The position numbers and the translations under genes are program-made. Under the pieces are notes generated by a model that made no database searches, was not told where the DNA came from, and saw only the letters and a list, made by a program, of their open reading frames with translations. A stretch of DNA of 46,914 bases from Catajapyx aquilonaris (lineage: Eukaryota): contig KZ538801.1 in NCBI GenBank assembly GCA_000934665.2, forward strand, positions 1-46,914. The letters run 5' to 3'. Positions 1 through 13,467 of this stretch are shown here, piece by piece. Numbering within the stretch: the first letter of the stretch is position 1; each line of letters opens with the position of its first letter.

Positions 1-497
1 TTGAACAAGAAGGATACCTAGCTTACGGTTTACCAATCATACAGACTAGAATGATAAGCAATTTAAGAAATAAGTCAAAATATCTACGTCTAAAGAATGA
101 CTCCATAAAGCTGTATGACGAGGTTTTCTGTGAATGGTGTAACATGCAAGAACCGTTAACAGCACATCACATAATATATGAATGCAGATATTTCGACACA
201 CCGAGAAAAATTAATTTGTACAATCTCCCCTCTTACCCCCCTACACTCTTTCATTTTCTTTTGGAAGGATTAACAAGAAACCAAATTTTCTGCTTATATG
301 CTTTTTTTCACAATGTAAATAAAAGAATCAACTTTTCAATGTAATCCGGAAACCTCTAAACATCTGATAATTTGCCAAATTTGTAACTACAAAAGTAAAC
401 TGTAAAAAAAAAGAGAGTGTGTATGTGTCCCCCAATACAGGCGCACGCCTGAGTACGGGGTAGGAAAATAAAATAAATAATAAAATAAATATAATAA
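1..497 (+). mobile_element. 3' end of a non-LTR retrotransposon (LINE): ORF2 C-terminal CCHC zinc knuckle, 3' UTR and A-rich tail
   Basis: ORF 51..344 contains CEWC-x7-HHIIYEC, resembling the CCHC knuckle at LINE ORF2 C-termini. It is followed by a stop, a GC stem-loop at 429-460 and an (AAAT/AAT)n tail at ~465-497. The element runs off the window start. Confidence 0.6.
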
Positions 498-817
498 TGG
501 AGAGCCAGGACTCTAACACTCTTCATTATTATAATCGCCTTCGGTTTCAAAGCGTGCGAGATGACCCTTCTCCTTCGCGGCACCGGAGAGCGCTACAGAC
601 GCGGTGAAAGGCGACCGCGACCGGCGACTTGCGACCGGATGCAGATGTTGTGGCTTCGGAACATCGCATTTTACCTGTATTTTCACCATGCTAACGTGTA
701 AATTAGCAGCGGAGGTGATGTTTTCTCAACACTATAGGCCAAGCAGAATTAGAAAATCCCAAAAAAAATCACAATTCAGGAGGGTAAGAAGAGTTTGGTT
801 GTAAGATTTCTACCGTC

Positions 818-1159
818 GGGGAGGTGTAGATGGCCGAGATGGTAACGTCTGGGCTTGCTGAGTGAAAGGCCCCAGGTTCGATCCCCGCTTGGGGAACTTT
901 CCTTTCATCTGCGTCAGGAGGGTCTCTGACCTGCACCAAGGAGGTGTCTGACAACCTAACCTCCTGGGGAACAGCACATGACCCCTTTACCGACATTGCA
1001 CTTGCACCGCATGTTCCCTCCCAAAAAATCCCTATCCCTACCCTACATCCTTGACTCCTTGCACCGGTGAATGAAGTTAATATATGAAAATGGAGTGAAA
1101 TAGTGGTATTCCACCCCCCTAAAAAGGCTCAGCCTTATCACGGGGTAACGTTAAAAAAA
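818..1159 (+). mobile_element. tRNA-derived SINE (copy 1)
   Basis: A-box-like TGGCCGAGATGG and B-box GGTTCGATCCC in the head; A-rich end; exact 9-bp target-site duplication TCTACCGTC at 809-817 and 1160-1168. Confidence 0.85.
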
Positions 1160-1198
1160 TCTACCGTCCCAAGGAAAAACACCATAACTCCAAAACTA

Positions 1199-1295
1199 TA
1201 GTAAGGGTGAAGGTCGCGTGCATGACCTGCACTAATCCCCTCTGACTTAAGAGGGATTAGTGCACAGGACATGCATGCGACTTTCACCCTTACTA
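1199..1295. repeat. Imperfect palindrome, probably a MITE remnant; a second hairpin follows at ~1308-1365
   Basis: TAGTAAGGGTGAAGGTCGCGTGCATG...CTAATCCC pairs with GGGATTAG...CATGCATGCGACTTTCACCCTTACTA. The adjacent GGCCTAAATTCTGC pairs with GCAGAATTTAGGCC. Confidence 0.7.
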
Positions 1296-1386
1296 GTGTT
1301 AGACCTATGAAAAAATGGCCTAAATTCTGCCTCCTTGGGATAGCAGAATTTAGGCCCTTTTTTCAGAGGTAATTCGTACAACCCCC

Positions 1387-1407
1387 NNNNNNNNNNNNNN
1401 NNNNNNN
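1387..1407. other. Assembly gap (21 N) within a poly-C tract
   Basis: N run flanked on both sides by C homopolymer. A single N at 13754 also lies in poly-C. Confidence 0.95.
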
Positions 1408-4400
1408 CCCCCCCGTACCCATCAAGTGCCTGCCGCCATTTTTTTACCACCTCCTGACAAGCTAAAGGGCAACGAATTAAAAAAGCCCGAGAGGCCCTTC
1501 CGAGGCAACGATGCAGCACTAAACCTTTCACAGGTACCCCCCCCCCACGTCCCCGCCCCTTCACTCCTATCTAGAACAAAAAGCAATCTAATGCACAAGG
1601 TGCGATGGGACTACCCTCCAAAAAGACATCAACTGAAATGATCTGGCCCATGCCATTTGAAAGATCCTTTCTTGATGGCGGTTCCAACAAGGTTTGCACA
1701 TCGGCACTAGTGGTGAAGAAAACCTCGAACCATATCCCTAGGGTATGTTTATTTGTCGGGGGGGTGGTGTAGCAGCGGTGCGCGCAGTGTGACTTGGATT
1801 TTCCAGAGAGAGTCGAGGTCGAGTTTCAAAGTCGCCTCCTCGTCGCTTTTCAATTGATTGATTCGCTTTGATCTGGGCAAATATTAGCCGAAAGAGGATA
1901 GCGTTGCGGTGCTTGCAGAACTTGAAACGTGAGCTTGGTTGGTGCACACACATATACGGAGCGCCGCGTCGCTTCTACAGCTAACTTCCCCAAGAAATTG
2001 GATGCCCAAATAGGATCTGCCTCAGATGGACACACTGCCTCTAAGGAATTGGCTTGCCTTCAGACCAGATTTGGGCCAGGGATAGACAGCAGCAAAAATA
2101 ACAACTGCCTGTAACAGACCTGTTGAGCGAATGATCCTCCGGATATTCGAGTCATGTCCGTCTTAGATGGACTCCTTCGAAATTTGGAACAGATCCGTGC
2201 TTTGCATAATTTCCAACATTCCTATCGAAAGTATTGATCCAAAAAGTATTTATCTGCCGGTTGCGTCATTCCCTTATGGGGAATGAAGCTGCTTGTCTAA
2301 GCTTCGCAGCATCCGTATTTAAATCGGCCTCGGGAGGGGGGGGGGGGGGGGGGACGCCCTCCAAAATTCTCAATGTCAGTAATAAAATCAAACCCTGGAG
2401 AATAAAAGGAGAGCCAAGTATGACAAGTTTGAGGGTCCTGTGACGCACTTTGCTCTAAAACTTTGTGTGGTAGGCTGTTGGTGCTGGGGGGGATTCCACA
2501 GAAGGCTGGAAAAAAGTTCGCCTCCAAATCTGACATAATGGCGAAACTTTTTTTTTTTCAAAAAAAAAAACTATGACAAGACTAGGTCGGTTTGCGGGTC
2601 GCATAGTGTGCTTGAGCCCGACAATTATCTTAATGGACTGCCCTTTAATTGCTCCTGGTTGACGAACCAAATTTCCACATGTGGTGACTACTTTAGAAGC
2701 TGTCTCTAGCGTTTCCAATCTCATAAACCACTTCAGAATAGCATTCCTGATTTCCCCCGAGGCGCCGATAAATAATAAAACTCGGAAGTGGCAAAACTTT
2801 AGCCCGACCATGACAAAAAAATATAGAAGTTGCCAAAGAGCAGACTACTCTTTAATAGGACCTGCAAAACGCCATTTGCTACCACTCCTTTGTACCGTTA
2901 TTACTTAAGTGCCTCTTTTATGGTCACAGCCTCTCGAACTTAAAAAGCACATCTTTTTACTACATGTCTTCTTCCAAGATTTGGCAAAATCTTAGGCGAC
3001 CAAACGTCTAGTGGCCATGCATCAAGTCCGGAACCCAGCATTAAAAATGTCTTGGGAGACCTTAACGTCTTGTTGTCTTCAAGTCAAACTAATAGGTCCT
3101 TTTGTCATATATTATTTTCTTTTTTTATATTATTTTTTGGATGTTGGATGGTTATGGGCGCAGGCTTGGTATGGGTGGGCGTTATGTTGAGGTCTTTGCG
3201 CACGCGTCCAACCAGGGGGCAGGGGCATCCAAAGAAGGGGATGTGCGTGGGAGGTGGCAAGGAGAGGAGCGACGCGGGGCGGTAGGGGGAAAAAGGGGGC
3301 ACCGGAAGTCGGTAGGTCAGTCGGTCGCCAGGAGGCGCCGCTTGAACGTTGCTCATTTCAGTGCTCTGTTAGTGGGGGTCTTCCCCGGGAGATATTTTTT
3401 CGCTTCCTGAGAAGGACATGTGGTCAACACGCTGTGGGAACGACTATTCCATTGCTTTTCCCTCGCACGGCGCCAGGTTGTATTTTTTCGAGGATCGTCA
3501 CACTCTATGCATTTTTTTTTTTGTGTTGTTTGTTTGGTTTCAAATGTGACGGGGGAATACGTAACTCTTTGTTTCAGGAGCTTTTGTTCGGAATAATAGG
3601 GCGAAAGAGCGGAACTAAGCGTATTGCAATTAGTGAAAGAAGTTTGAATGCGGCCGGCACGCTTGCAAATTGAATCAGCTGCTTACGGGGATACAAACTA
3701 TGAACTTGTGATAAGTTTGGTAGGCTATAGACGTACGGGTAATCTGGCGTACCACTGCTGGTAGGTACATCACTAATTCGTGATCAGAAAAGTTGAGAAT
3801 CGTAAGCCCACCCACCGCCTTATCTGACTTGTGAGTGCGACCAATTCCGGAACACCCACCGCGATAACCGAGTGCCGATTCCTACCCCAAAAAATATGAG
3901 ACGGCAATAAAGTCTAATAATAATAAAAATTTAAGTTATCGGTGCTAATATACTGATTTGAAAAAAAAACTGCGCACCGTTTTATTTGAACAGTAACTAA
4001 CAATTCAACCAGTATTGCATTCGTTCCAATCCCGCCAGTGTATATTCCAGGGAAATCTGCGCCACGACTATAATCAAGTTTCACGGTCTATAGTCCTATA
4101 TTCTGTATGCAGATAACGCCATGAAAATTTGCGTGCAATCATAACTTAATTTCTTCCTCGGATTGACATTATATTCTGAATAAAAGCTCATCAGAAGTCT
4201 TTAATTTTTTTTTAAAGCCATTAAATCGTCCGCCATTGATTGCGGGTTAGAAATCAGCTACCGGAAATACGTATTTCCCCAGAGAAACGCAGTTACGAGC
4301 TTCTACATCAAATATTAACCCAATCCTTCGAAACGTGTAAGATTTTCAGCTTATTGTACCAACCATTTCGTTCATACACGAAATGGTACTCTCCACCAAT

Positions 4401-7400
4401 GGAGGAGTGATGAAAAAGGCCAGAGTCCTTATTTATGGATCCGGAAATTGGGACCTATCTAATCAGCCGTCTTTTGTGGCTGGCTGCCGTTCTCGCCTTT
4501 GTATTGCCAGACCTTTGATAGAACTAGCGGATTTTATTTGGCAGAACCTACTGGAAAACGTCGCCGTTCAAAATTTCGCTCCCATTTGTCTTCTCAGAGC
4601 ACAAAATACTATTCCAAACCAGCGCTTCATTCCTATAGAACCACGTAATCTATTTTGTTTACAGTTCCCCCTCCTCTCCTAAAATGTCATTAGTTGTTTT
4701 ATGCGACAATCAGGCAGCAACTGTCGAGCACAACATATGTGTACCTAGCCTCAACCCACATTAACTATGCGATCTGAAAGTGCCTAACGAGCGACCGGGG
4801 TAGCCAATATATTGACCAAAGTTTTGGTCTCGGTACAAGCCAAGGCAGCAGATGACTGATCTACTTTTGCATGTCAACTTCCTCCCCCTTGAAATTTTCC
4901 CCCAACACGATTAATTCATTGCCATACACTCCCCCAAAAGTTGGTCCAACTTTCTCAGGTCATTACGTATGGATTTCCTGAACTAACCTGAACAACTTGG
5001 GAATAATCTACGTTTACTAAGCAGACTTCTCATGATTTCCCCTCAGTCTGACAATAGTAAGAGAAAAAAATATGAACCAATAGGATGGGGTAAAAAAAAA
5101 AATGGACAGATTCCATATATAGGACGAAAAACCACTCGCAGTTGGAGGTAATATTATTCCCGCTGAAAGGCTTCCGGGCAGGACTTGCTAAAGTAACGAT
5201 GCTTCTTATCTGCTGACAGACCTTATTTTGACGTGACAGGGTATATATGCGGCTGAAATTTGTGGAAGGTCCCTATGGTGCTTGATCTGCCCACATGCAT
5301 CGCACGTATGTCCGCTAATCGAGTCCAATACAGGTGGCTCTTAAAAGCCGAATTACGGATTCACTTTGCTGTAGGAAATTCAATTTTCTGGAAATCCAGC
5401 TTCCGTTTGAAGGATTCGTTTAAAAAGAGCTGCTTTTTTTTTTGTACCTGCCTTGCCACTCTTTTCAACTATGCTTTATAAAGAAATGTTCAAAAATGTC
5501 GCCCACTTTCACCCTTCAATGACCCTGGCCTACATTCTTTTAATCACATTTACTACTTATAGTTAGCAAGGCTTTGCGTTTTCGTTCCAAGCTCCATTTC
5601 CCCAAAAACTGATATGACCAAGTCATATCTCATGAAAATTAATTGCTAGTTCGGTGCGGTATTTTTCTTTCATTTCTCCAAACCGACTAAAGTGATTCCT
5701 TTTCATCTAGTTCCGGATCGTGCACCCACTCAAAAAATTTCTCAAGGTAAATCAAACGGTATCGACTATACTTGATGTGATGTTTTGACTCGGAAGACTG
5801 GGTCGAATATCAGTGGAAATACTTTTTTTTTGGGGGGGGGGAGGGGGGGAGGGAATAAAATTACCTTTTAAACGTGAGAAATGGCTGGACCTGACCCACT
5901 GACGTGTGTGTTACATATAACCTATAGCAAAATTTTGTCGAAATTGCGATTTTTGAAAAATGTTTGGGTTGAGAGGTCCATTTCCTGAATTTCTAAAAAA
6001 AATGACCCAGAAATTACAGTATTAGGGATTATATACAACAATTTTGGCCACTCTTTTGGGAAATGAAGCAGGTGGAAAAAAATATATAAAATTGAAATTA
6101 TGTCTTCCTCTCCCGAAAAAAAAATTTAAGTCCAGGCCACGTGAGAGTTCGGATCAACACTTGTTGGATTCAAAGCACATTGTGATATGGGATTCGATCA
6201 AATTATTCTCTCATATACAGTCCTCTAGAGATTTTGATACTAACATGCTGCTGTCAAATTTGTGCCGAATACGCTTCATTATTGTGTCATGTTGTGCAAA
6301 ATGTTACATAATGCAAAGCGAAGATGAGGGGGGGGGGGAATCTGGCAAAATCTGTTCGGTATTATTGATCCTCAACTACTGTACAGAAGCTGTTATTGGA
6401 CATCCATTTCATCGGAGGCGCCCATTACTTAATTGCTTTCGGAAAGAAAAAAAAAAGGGGGCCAACAACTTGCCCAATAACACGCGCATTATATGAGGAG
6501 ACAAAAGGTACCATCCGTGTAATTCTGGGCATGAAAGAGCCTGGAAAGCACGTGCCATCTCAACGTCAAAACATGTTTACTCTGGAGAAAAGTATGAGAG
6601 AGTTTCGCTGCAGAAGTCAAGTAGAATGTTTTGAACGGATAACTTTTGTGCTTTCCCCCCCTCCCCCCCCCCCCGTATTTGCTGGAGTTATATAATATAC
6701 AATGTAATTGAAACGGAGTTTGAAAGGCCAGTAGTTCAGAAAGCTGTACTTTTTCATGGACAGCACAAAAAAAATTTGTCAAGTTCTTAATAACTTTTTA
6801 TCGATCACATTTTTTTCAAAATTGAACTGAATTGTAATTAAAGTTTCGAACTACAGTATAGACAAGTTTTAACAATATAATTCACAGAGTAACTAAAAGT
6901 TACATATCATGCTGAAGTAGGTTGTATCACAACACATAATCTGATAGTCCCCTTAATTTGAATTAAAACCTGAAAACGCTACCAAAAAAAACAATTAGTG
7001 GTATAACAAGCATATAATGTGACTGTAATGAAACAATTACTGAGAAGCATCACCGTACTTGATACCTACTAACTACGTAGGAGTATAGTGTCGTTTAGGT
7101 GAAGCAAGGACGCGAGTAATGAGAGATCTACCTGCCAGATTTAACTCCAACCTGCCGCTGAGGTTAGGCCAAGAATCGATTCAGCTTAAGTTAAACGAGG
7201 CTAAGTGTTTGTTCTACACCGCTACTCCTCCTAAGTCATCTCTGTCGTAACCCTACCCCATCCTGATCTGCTCCAATTATTTGCCGGACCTGCATCCTTA
7301 CATCCGCATGGTCAGATCCTAATGCTCCTTAGCCACGATCAACTGAGCAGTGGTCCAGAATCTGTCCACAGTGTTACTAGGTTGTAATCCCAGCCCCTTG

Positions 7401-8786
7401 TCACGCCAAATTCAGTTGAACAAACATGGTCCGACCCTACTAGGCCACATATTAGATGTGACTATCTGGAAGAAGCCCCAAAAAAATATGATGATTTGTG
7501 TCCCTCAAAAACTAGAGGGACTTCCGCTCTACTTGTCACTAGAATGTGTGGGACTTGAATTTACTATACTTTACATTCCTTTCTCACTTTTTTTTACTGT
7601 TTCACACTGCAGAGATCGCAAATTGAATCTTCAGTGTTGCAGTCCGTTCTCTATAGCAGATGGCTTTCATTTCCTTACACGATACGGTGCTCGACAAAAA
7701 TTGAAGAAAAATATCGTCGCCGTTCGAACTGTAGCTGTGGTGCGAATAGAAGCAGATCCAGAAATACCTATGTCCACTTGTGTTGCTGGGATCTATTTGT
7801 AGACTCATTATAATGCAGCGTACATTTTGTAAATAGAGCGTGTGGTCGCAAGTGTATGATCAAACAAAATAATTCAAACGGTGCAGAAAAGTTGCGGTTA
7901 GATTGCATTCGACTTGACATTTTGACAAAATAATAAATGATACGCTCCTAATTTTTCGTTTCCTTCTCAAAGCACCTATCCAAACCACCATGTTGCGATA
8001 TGGCTGACTGCAGCCATTAATATTTATATTTTCACGTCAATGTTGACTGCAGGCCGAATACATTAGATCGTTTCTTATGTAAAAATGAGCTTAAAATAGC
8101 TCCTTCCGTGTGGTAAAATTCCACTCCGATTTGAAGCGGCTGTTACGCAAATAGAATGTCTGTCACTGAAACCAACTCACCAGCAAACTGTCAAGCCCGG
8201 GTACAAATATGAGTGGACATTTTTCAGCCAGCTCAGATTCGGCCCGGACACAAAGGAGCAGTCCCAGTTCTCTATAGGCCCATTGTGTAGGACATATCGA
8301 CCGTTGCCTGAAGAGAATCTTTTTCGCCCCAGTATTGATGCCTAGGTCTAAATTACAGCATCCGAAAGTCTGTCACGTGCCTATTGTCCTCACCGATTAG
8401 GACAGGGTGTTTGGGAGTGGAAATAACGTTGATAGGATCAAAGTGACCGTCCAGTTCAGATCAGCAAAGCTGGAAATTGGGGTACCTGTAGCCTGAGGGC
8501 CAATCACTACCCAACCTGCCTCCCACTAATTACCTATTTATCCTGCCTAGCAAGCAACCCAGCAAACAATTCAATCTAGTAGCCAAAGCGTCAACCACTT
8601 GTGGAGCGTTTTTTTGAGGGTGTAAAAGGTGGCAAAATTTGTAGATATATGAGGTGTACTACTTGGATGCGGGTACAAGATGAAGCAAAGCGGAAGTGAG
8701 CTGCTAACTAAATTTCCGCTTCCAGTGCTGCATAGGACACTCTCAGGGACATTGGCGAAACCTGCGCCTTACACAATGTGCGAGTA

Positions 8787-9773
8787 CAGGGTGCGTCACA
8801 TGTCTCATTATGCAGGGAGGATGTGGTGATTGTTGGCAGTGTAGTCGACCGTTTGTTGGGTTGGATAATTTCAAGCCTCAAAAACAGGGTTTGGAAAATG
8901 TAAAAGCTTGTGGGAATGGAAGCTTTTTTTAAGGAGAGGAGGATTGTTTACTTAGTTAGCAAAAAAAGCTTGTTGCTATTTGCTTTATCCACATTTCAAA
9001 ACGTTTGTGTAGGTTTCAGTTTTGCAACGATGAATTCTCATATTCCATATATACCGCGATTCGAGAGGTGAACCAAATGGATAAAAAATTGTACCCGATT
9101 AGTTAATATCTACAGTAGACATAGTTTTGCATTCCATCGCAAGATAATTCAGATATAGACTCAATTTTTTCGGAGAAAAGAAAAATCCATTTTGGAAGTC
9201 GAGAAAACTTAAGCTTAATGAGAAAATGAATTTTACTCCCTATACCCGCCGGAGATACTGTACTGTTACATTCTTAATGCGTTTTAATGAATATGTAAGA
9301 TTCTTTTTGTGCTATCTGTCCTAAAAAAAAATCGGGCGAACGTATTCTGGCGGAACATCACCACTCGGCCATGCTAAATTCTATGAATAAAACCACCATG
9401 CTTGTTGATGGTTGTGTAGAGCCAGGCCAAAATGTTTAAAAAAATAATCGTACAGTATATTCCTAGCTACAATTAGGAGCCTGGATACTTTTTAAATATT
9501 TTTCGTGTTTTAAAAGAGCATATTTGCATAAGTTAGAAATATTGCAGTAAATGAACATAATCCCTTTTGATAACGTAAAAAAGATCAAAGCAAAAGCCCT
9601 TTTTACAGGTTCATGCGTATTATTCACATGCTCCTTTTTAATCGTATGCACTCTACATTATTTTTAAAAGTACATGCTACACTACCGACATTATTTCCAT
9701 AATCTTATTAGCGTGAAAGTGCATCCTGTATTCCCCTTGATAATAATCCTTAGCAAAACTGCGACGTACCCTG
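8787..9773. mobile_element. Possible degenerate Tc1/mariner-superfamily non-autonomous element
   Basis: TA|CAGGGTGCGTC at the left end and GACGTACCCTG|TA at the right end; only short, imperfect terminal inverted repeats. Confidence 0.35.
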
Positions 9774-10424
9774 TACACAAGTCGATTCATAACTCCCTTA
9801 AGATTTTAAGCTTCCCTTGCTGTACTGTACTACACAAGTCGCCTGCCAAATCCCAGTTAAACACATCTTAAAGCCTCAGCAATAATGAGAATTTCCCTCA
9901 TTATAGCATCCAAATTGTTTCATAATTTACAGCCCTTTTGGGTAAAAACCAAAAATCACGGAGAACCCTATATGCAAGGCCGGATTTTCGCAGCCGCTTA
10001 CATGTCAAAATGAGGGTGGAAATGCCTTTCCAAGACGATAAATTTCCGCTGACAACGAAGTGCAGATGGGAAAGGGACGAAAAGCATCGGAGCAGGAAAC
10101 GAGATGCACACTATGGAATGGAGAATGATTGGCGCTGGTTGGTCTATAGCCATCTATAGCCTCCCCTTGCATTGGCAAAGAACGCAGCTGAGTCTCGCCT
10201 CGTTTAGCACCAAATGTAGCCAACAATCGGCAACGAATCACATTAAGTGCACCAATAACTCCATGGTATTTGCCTCCAATTCGCTCTGACGGACATCTAA
10301 CCAAGCAGTGATTCTATAGTATAGTCTATTGATACAATATTGAAGAGTGGAAATGCCAAAGGCTCTAAGTGTCAAAAATCTTGAATGGAGATAATTGAGT
10401 TCAAATGAGAACCCCATGCGCACA

Positions 10425-10746
10425 TTCACCTTTTTTGTCTGAACAGTTATCGGAAAATTGCACGTAGCTGCTACTTTGTAAGCAGTGACTTGCAACCGGT
10501 GATGTGTCGGAGGAATGTGGAATTGGGAAAAAGAGGGTCACACATCCAATGGCATGTGTGACCCTCTTTTTTCCAGGCTTGACTCTCAATTTTCAGCGGG
10601 CAGCACGTATACCGCTTCAACCTACGATTCGCAGGAAATATTCCCCGTTCCTCCGAAAAATCACCGTTTACAAGTCACTGCTTACAAAGAAGCAGCTACG
10701 TGCAATTTTCCGATAACTGTTCGGACAAAAAAGTTGAAACACCCTG
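10425..10746. mobile_element. Tc1/mariner-type MITE with the left terminus eroded
   Basis: About 90 bp inverted repeats (TTTTTTGTCTGAACAGTTATCGGAAAATTGCACGTAGCTGC... versus ...GCAGCTACGTGCAATTTTCCGATAACTGTTCGGACAAAAAA). Right end is ...AAACACCCTG|TA. Internal hairpin AAAAAGAGGGTCACACAT/ATGTGTGACCCTCTTTTT. Confidence 0.75.
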
Positions 10747-10762
10747 TATACAGGCAGAGCCA

Positions 10763-11040
10763 CCGAAACAGGTTGGTGTAGTGGATATGGAGTCCGCTTG
10801 CTAATAGGGAGGTCCTGGGTTCGAATCCTGTGGCCGGCGTGGTTTTCTGTGGTTTCCCACGGTCCTCACAGGATAATTACGGGGTCGTTTCCGTAAAAAA
10901 TAGGACACAGCCGCTTCCTTCCGTCCCTATCCTAGACCCCACCCAGGTGCGAAGAGGCAGAAAAATCGAAGAAAACTGACGGTGGCATGCCACCCCCCTA
11001 AAAGAGCTCCGCCCTATCACGGTGTAAAATAAATAAATAA
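10763..11040 (+). mobile_element. tRNA-derived SINE (copy 2)
   Basis: A-box TGGTGTAGTGG, B-box GGTTCGAATCC and (AAAT)n tail. Exact 15-bp target-site duplication ATACAGGCAGAGCCA at 10748-10762 and 11041-11055. Confidence 0.9.
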
Positions 11041-13193
11041 ATACAGGCAGAGCCATCTGTGGGATACCACGAAGGATTTTTTTGGCACTTTGAGCCTCCT
11101 GCACGGGACTAGGCATGGCACATCATTTTGCACGCAGAATGTCAATTTCTAATTTTCTGGCACTTTCCACTCTTATTGTTGTCCAAATTGCATCCACTCC
11201 TCGGTGTTTTTTTTTTGCGTATGAACTCTGACCGCCACGCATTTCCCCAGGGAAATTATCCTGTTGCAAATCCACACATCTTTAGAAGTTATGTACCCCA
11301 CTGGTAAAGGGTCCTATTCATACTACGAACATAATGTACGAAAACGGGCAAAAGAAGGAAATAAATGAGGCGTGGCTTGGGACAAAAGGTGGTTGAAAAG
11401 ATGTGACAAATCCACGATAGTGTTGCCGCTCTCTCTGAAAGGTTTTGCCCTCTCTCAGAAATCGATTTCTGATGTTAGATTATCCCACACTACTCCCAAA
11501 GAATGTGTCCAAGAGATTCTAAAAAAAGCAGAGAAAATGCAATTCGAGCCTGTGAAAATCACTTTGAGAGATTATTTTATACGGGCTATGCGCAAGGGAT
11601 TGACTTGAATTGATTTTTTTTTTTCCATTCTGAAGCTTTTTGCCTCTAGTTTCATTCAAATTTATCTATGTCCAGAAGCTTCATTTTGGATATTCGCACC
11701 TCTCTGGCAGATTTGAAAGAATATTTCATACAAGTCAAGCCTTCCAAGTGTTTTGGCTTAGTGGAGGAAAGAGTACATCATCTAGGGATGGGGACACTAA
11801 TTGCCTGAGGAGCTGGAGACGTCGTAATATGGGAGGAGGTAAGGGGATTCTAGGAAAACCGCATTCTTTTCCTATTTTTGCCTCCTCGGCGCAGCACTCG
11901 AGAGAAACTTTCTCCATGAATGTTAATTACAGTCTTATATCCTGATTTGCCGCGTAGAATAATTTTACCGGTACCACGTTTGCTCACGCTCTCAGAACAG
12001 TCCTGGACAGAAGCATTTGCCACATTGAATTCGTCGGAGCAGCATGATAGGTTCAAAGCAACTTTTGCATCATTAGAACCTGCTAATTTTTGGAACGATT
12101 CCACTGACTTTTTCTTCAAAAAAAAACTAACTAACGCTTTGAAAGTAAGTTCAGGCTTCATATTAAAAGAGACCTAGAGTAAAGGCACTTAACCGCTATT
12201 TTTCGAGGCTCTTTTGCTTTGCCTTTACACAGACTCCATCAAATGCATACTTCAAAGGGCTTGAAGAAGAAAGGTAGTTCGCGGATCTAGGACGGTAGCA
12301 AAGAGTTAGAAGTATATAAAAAATAGTTAGAAACTTTTATGCATTGCTCGATTGGATCCGGAAAACTCCGTCTCTTCGGCCATCGGTGACAAATATTGAG
12401 ATCGATTCATTGATTAGTGTGTGAGAGCGTGTGGGAGAGTTGCATCCGTCCTCAGCGCCCCCTCCCTGACCGGCAATTATTGCCCGGAAATCAATCGATG
12501 GATCAAAGTCTCGGAGGGATCAAGTCCTCTCTGTAGTTCAATAACGCGACATCTCTCCGACAAGTCCCTAGGCAGAACCAATCAGTGTCAGCTCGTGTGA
12601 TGTGCGAAAAGGGGTGCCTCTGGGTGTCGCTCCTCAGGATAGAGTGCATGATCCATTTTTTCCCACCCTCTGAGATATTATGACGTAGATGCTCAATTTC
12701 CTCTACAGTTGCTGTCTGATTCACCGCCATGATCCCCATCTATATTTATCCCCATTCACACTACCAGGCGAATAGTGAGGTAACATATTACGACTCCAAT
12801 CATTTGGGCGCTCTCTGGGTGTTTATGGTCCAAATTTGGCAGCCTGAGTTTGGAATGATTTCCCTCTGAGAGCAGCAGCTGCGTTTAGAAAAGGCCATTT
12901 ATTCTTCTGGGTCCGGATGTTTCAGTGCCTTTTCCGTACTCCATTCCATTGATGACAGCCGTTTTTCATCGCTCCATTGTTCGGCAGGGCCACCTACGGG
13001 CTGCGTTTCCCTACGACCGCCTAATTGCCCCGGAAGTAGTGAAATATCCTCTAGAGCCTGTAGGTGTGCAGCATCTAGCAGTAGCTGGGAGCCTGGCGAC
13101 TCTGGAATTGATTTATCGGAGGATTTGTGGATGAGAGAAGAGCTTCCAGGAGAAGAGATCCGCTTGTGGGAAATGCAGTGAGGAGTCCTAGCA

Positions 13194-13467
13194 ATGGCGG
13201 CCTGCTGGTGGCGCCATCTGCTTCTGGTAGCCGCAGTGGCCGCCGCCTCGCCAAAGAAGAGTCTCAGGCTGGGTGTCCTAGCTCCGGCTGACCCTAACCA
13301 CCAATTCTCACTCCAAAAGATCCTTCCGCCCATCCACTTGGCCGTCCGGGAGGTCAACCGTACCTACTTGGCCGGATGGAACGTGCAGGTCATCGCCAGA
13401 GACTCGGGTTGCTCCTCAACCAAAGGGCCATTGGAGGCTTTCGACTTTTATGTCAACAGGACTGCAG
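13194..13467 (+). CDS. rGC exon 1: signal peptide and start of the extracellular domain
   Basis: [20 protein letters not shown]...[23 protein letters not shown]; donor CAG|GTTTGG, phase 1. Confidence 0.9.

Noticed and set aside
818..900. Functional tRNA genes at the SINE heads (also 10763 and 31630)
   Set aside because: A and B boxes are present, but acceptor and anticodon stems do not pair properly, and each head is followed by a body, tail and target-site duplication, so these are SINEs.
1850..2290. Possible MULE/FLYWCH-like remnant on the - strand (YFR*ECWKLCKAR)
   Set aside because: Only a few matching residues, interrupted by stops; not supportable without a profile search.
7130..7520. 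Possible LINE reverse-transcriptase remnants (QLKLNEAKC; LLGHILD)
   Set aside because: Motifs are too short and discontinuous to call.
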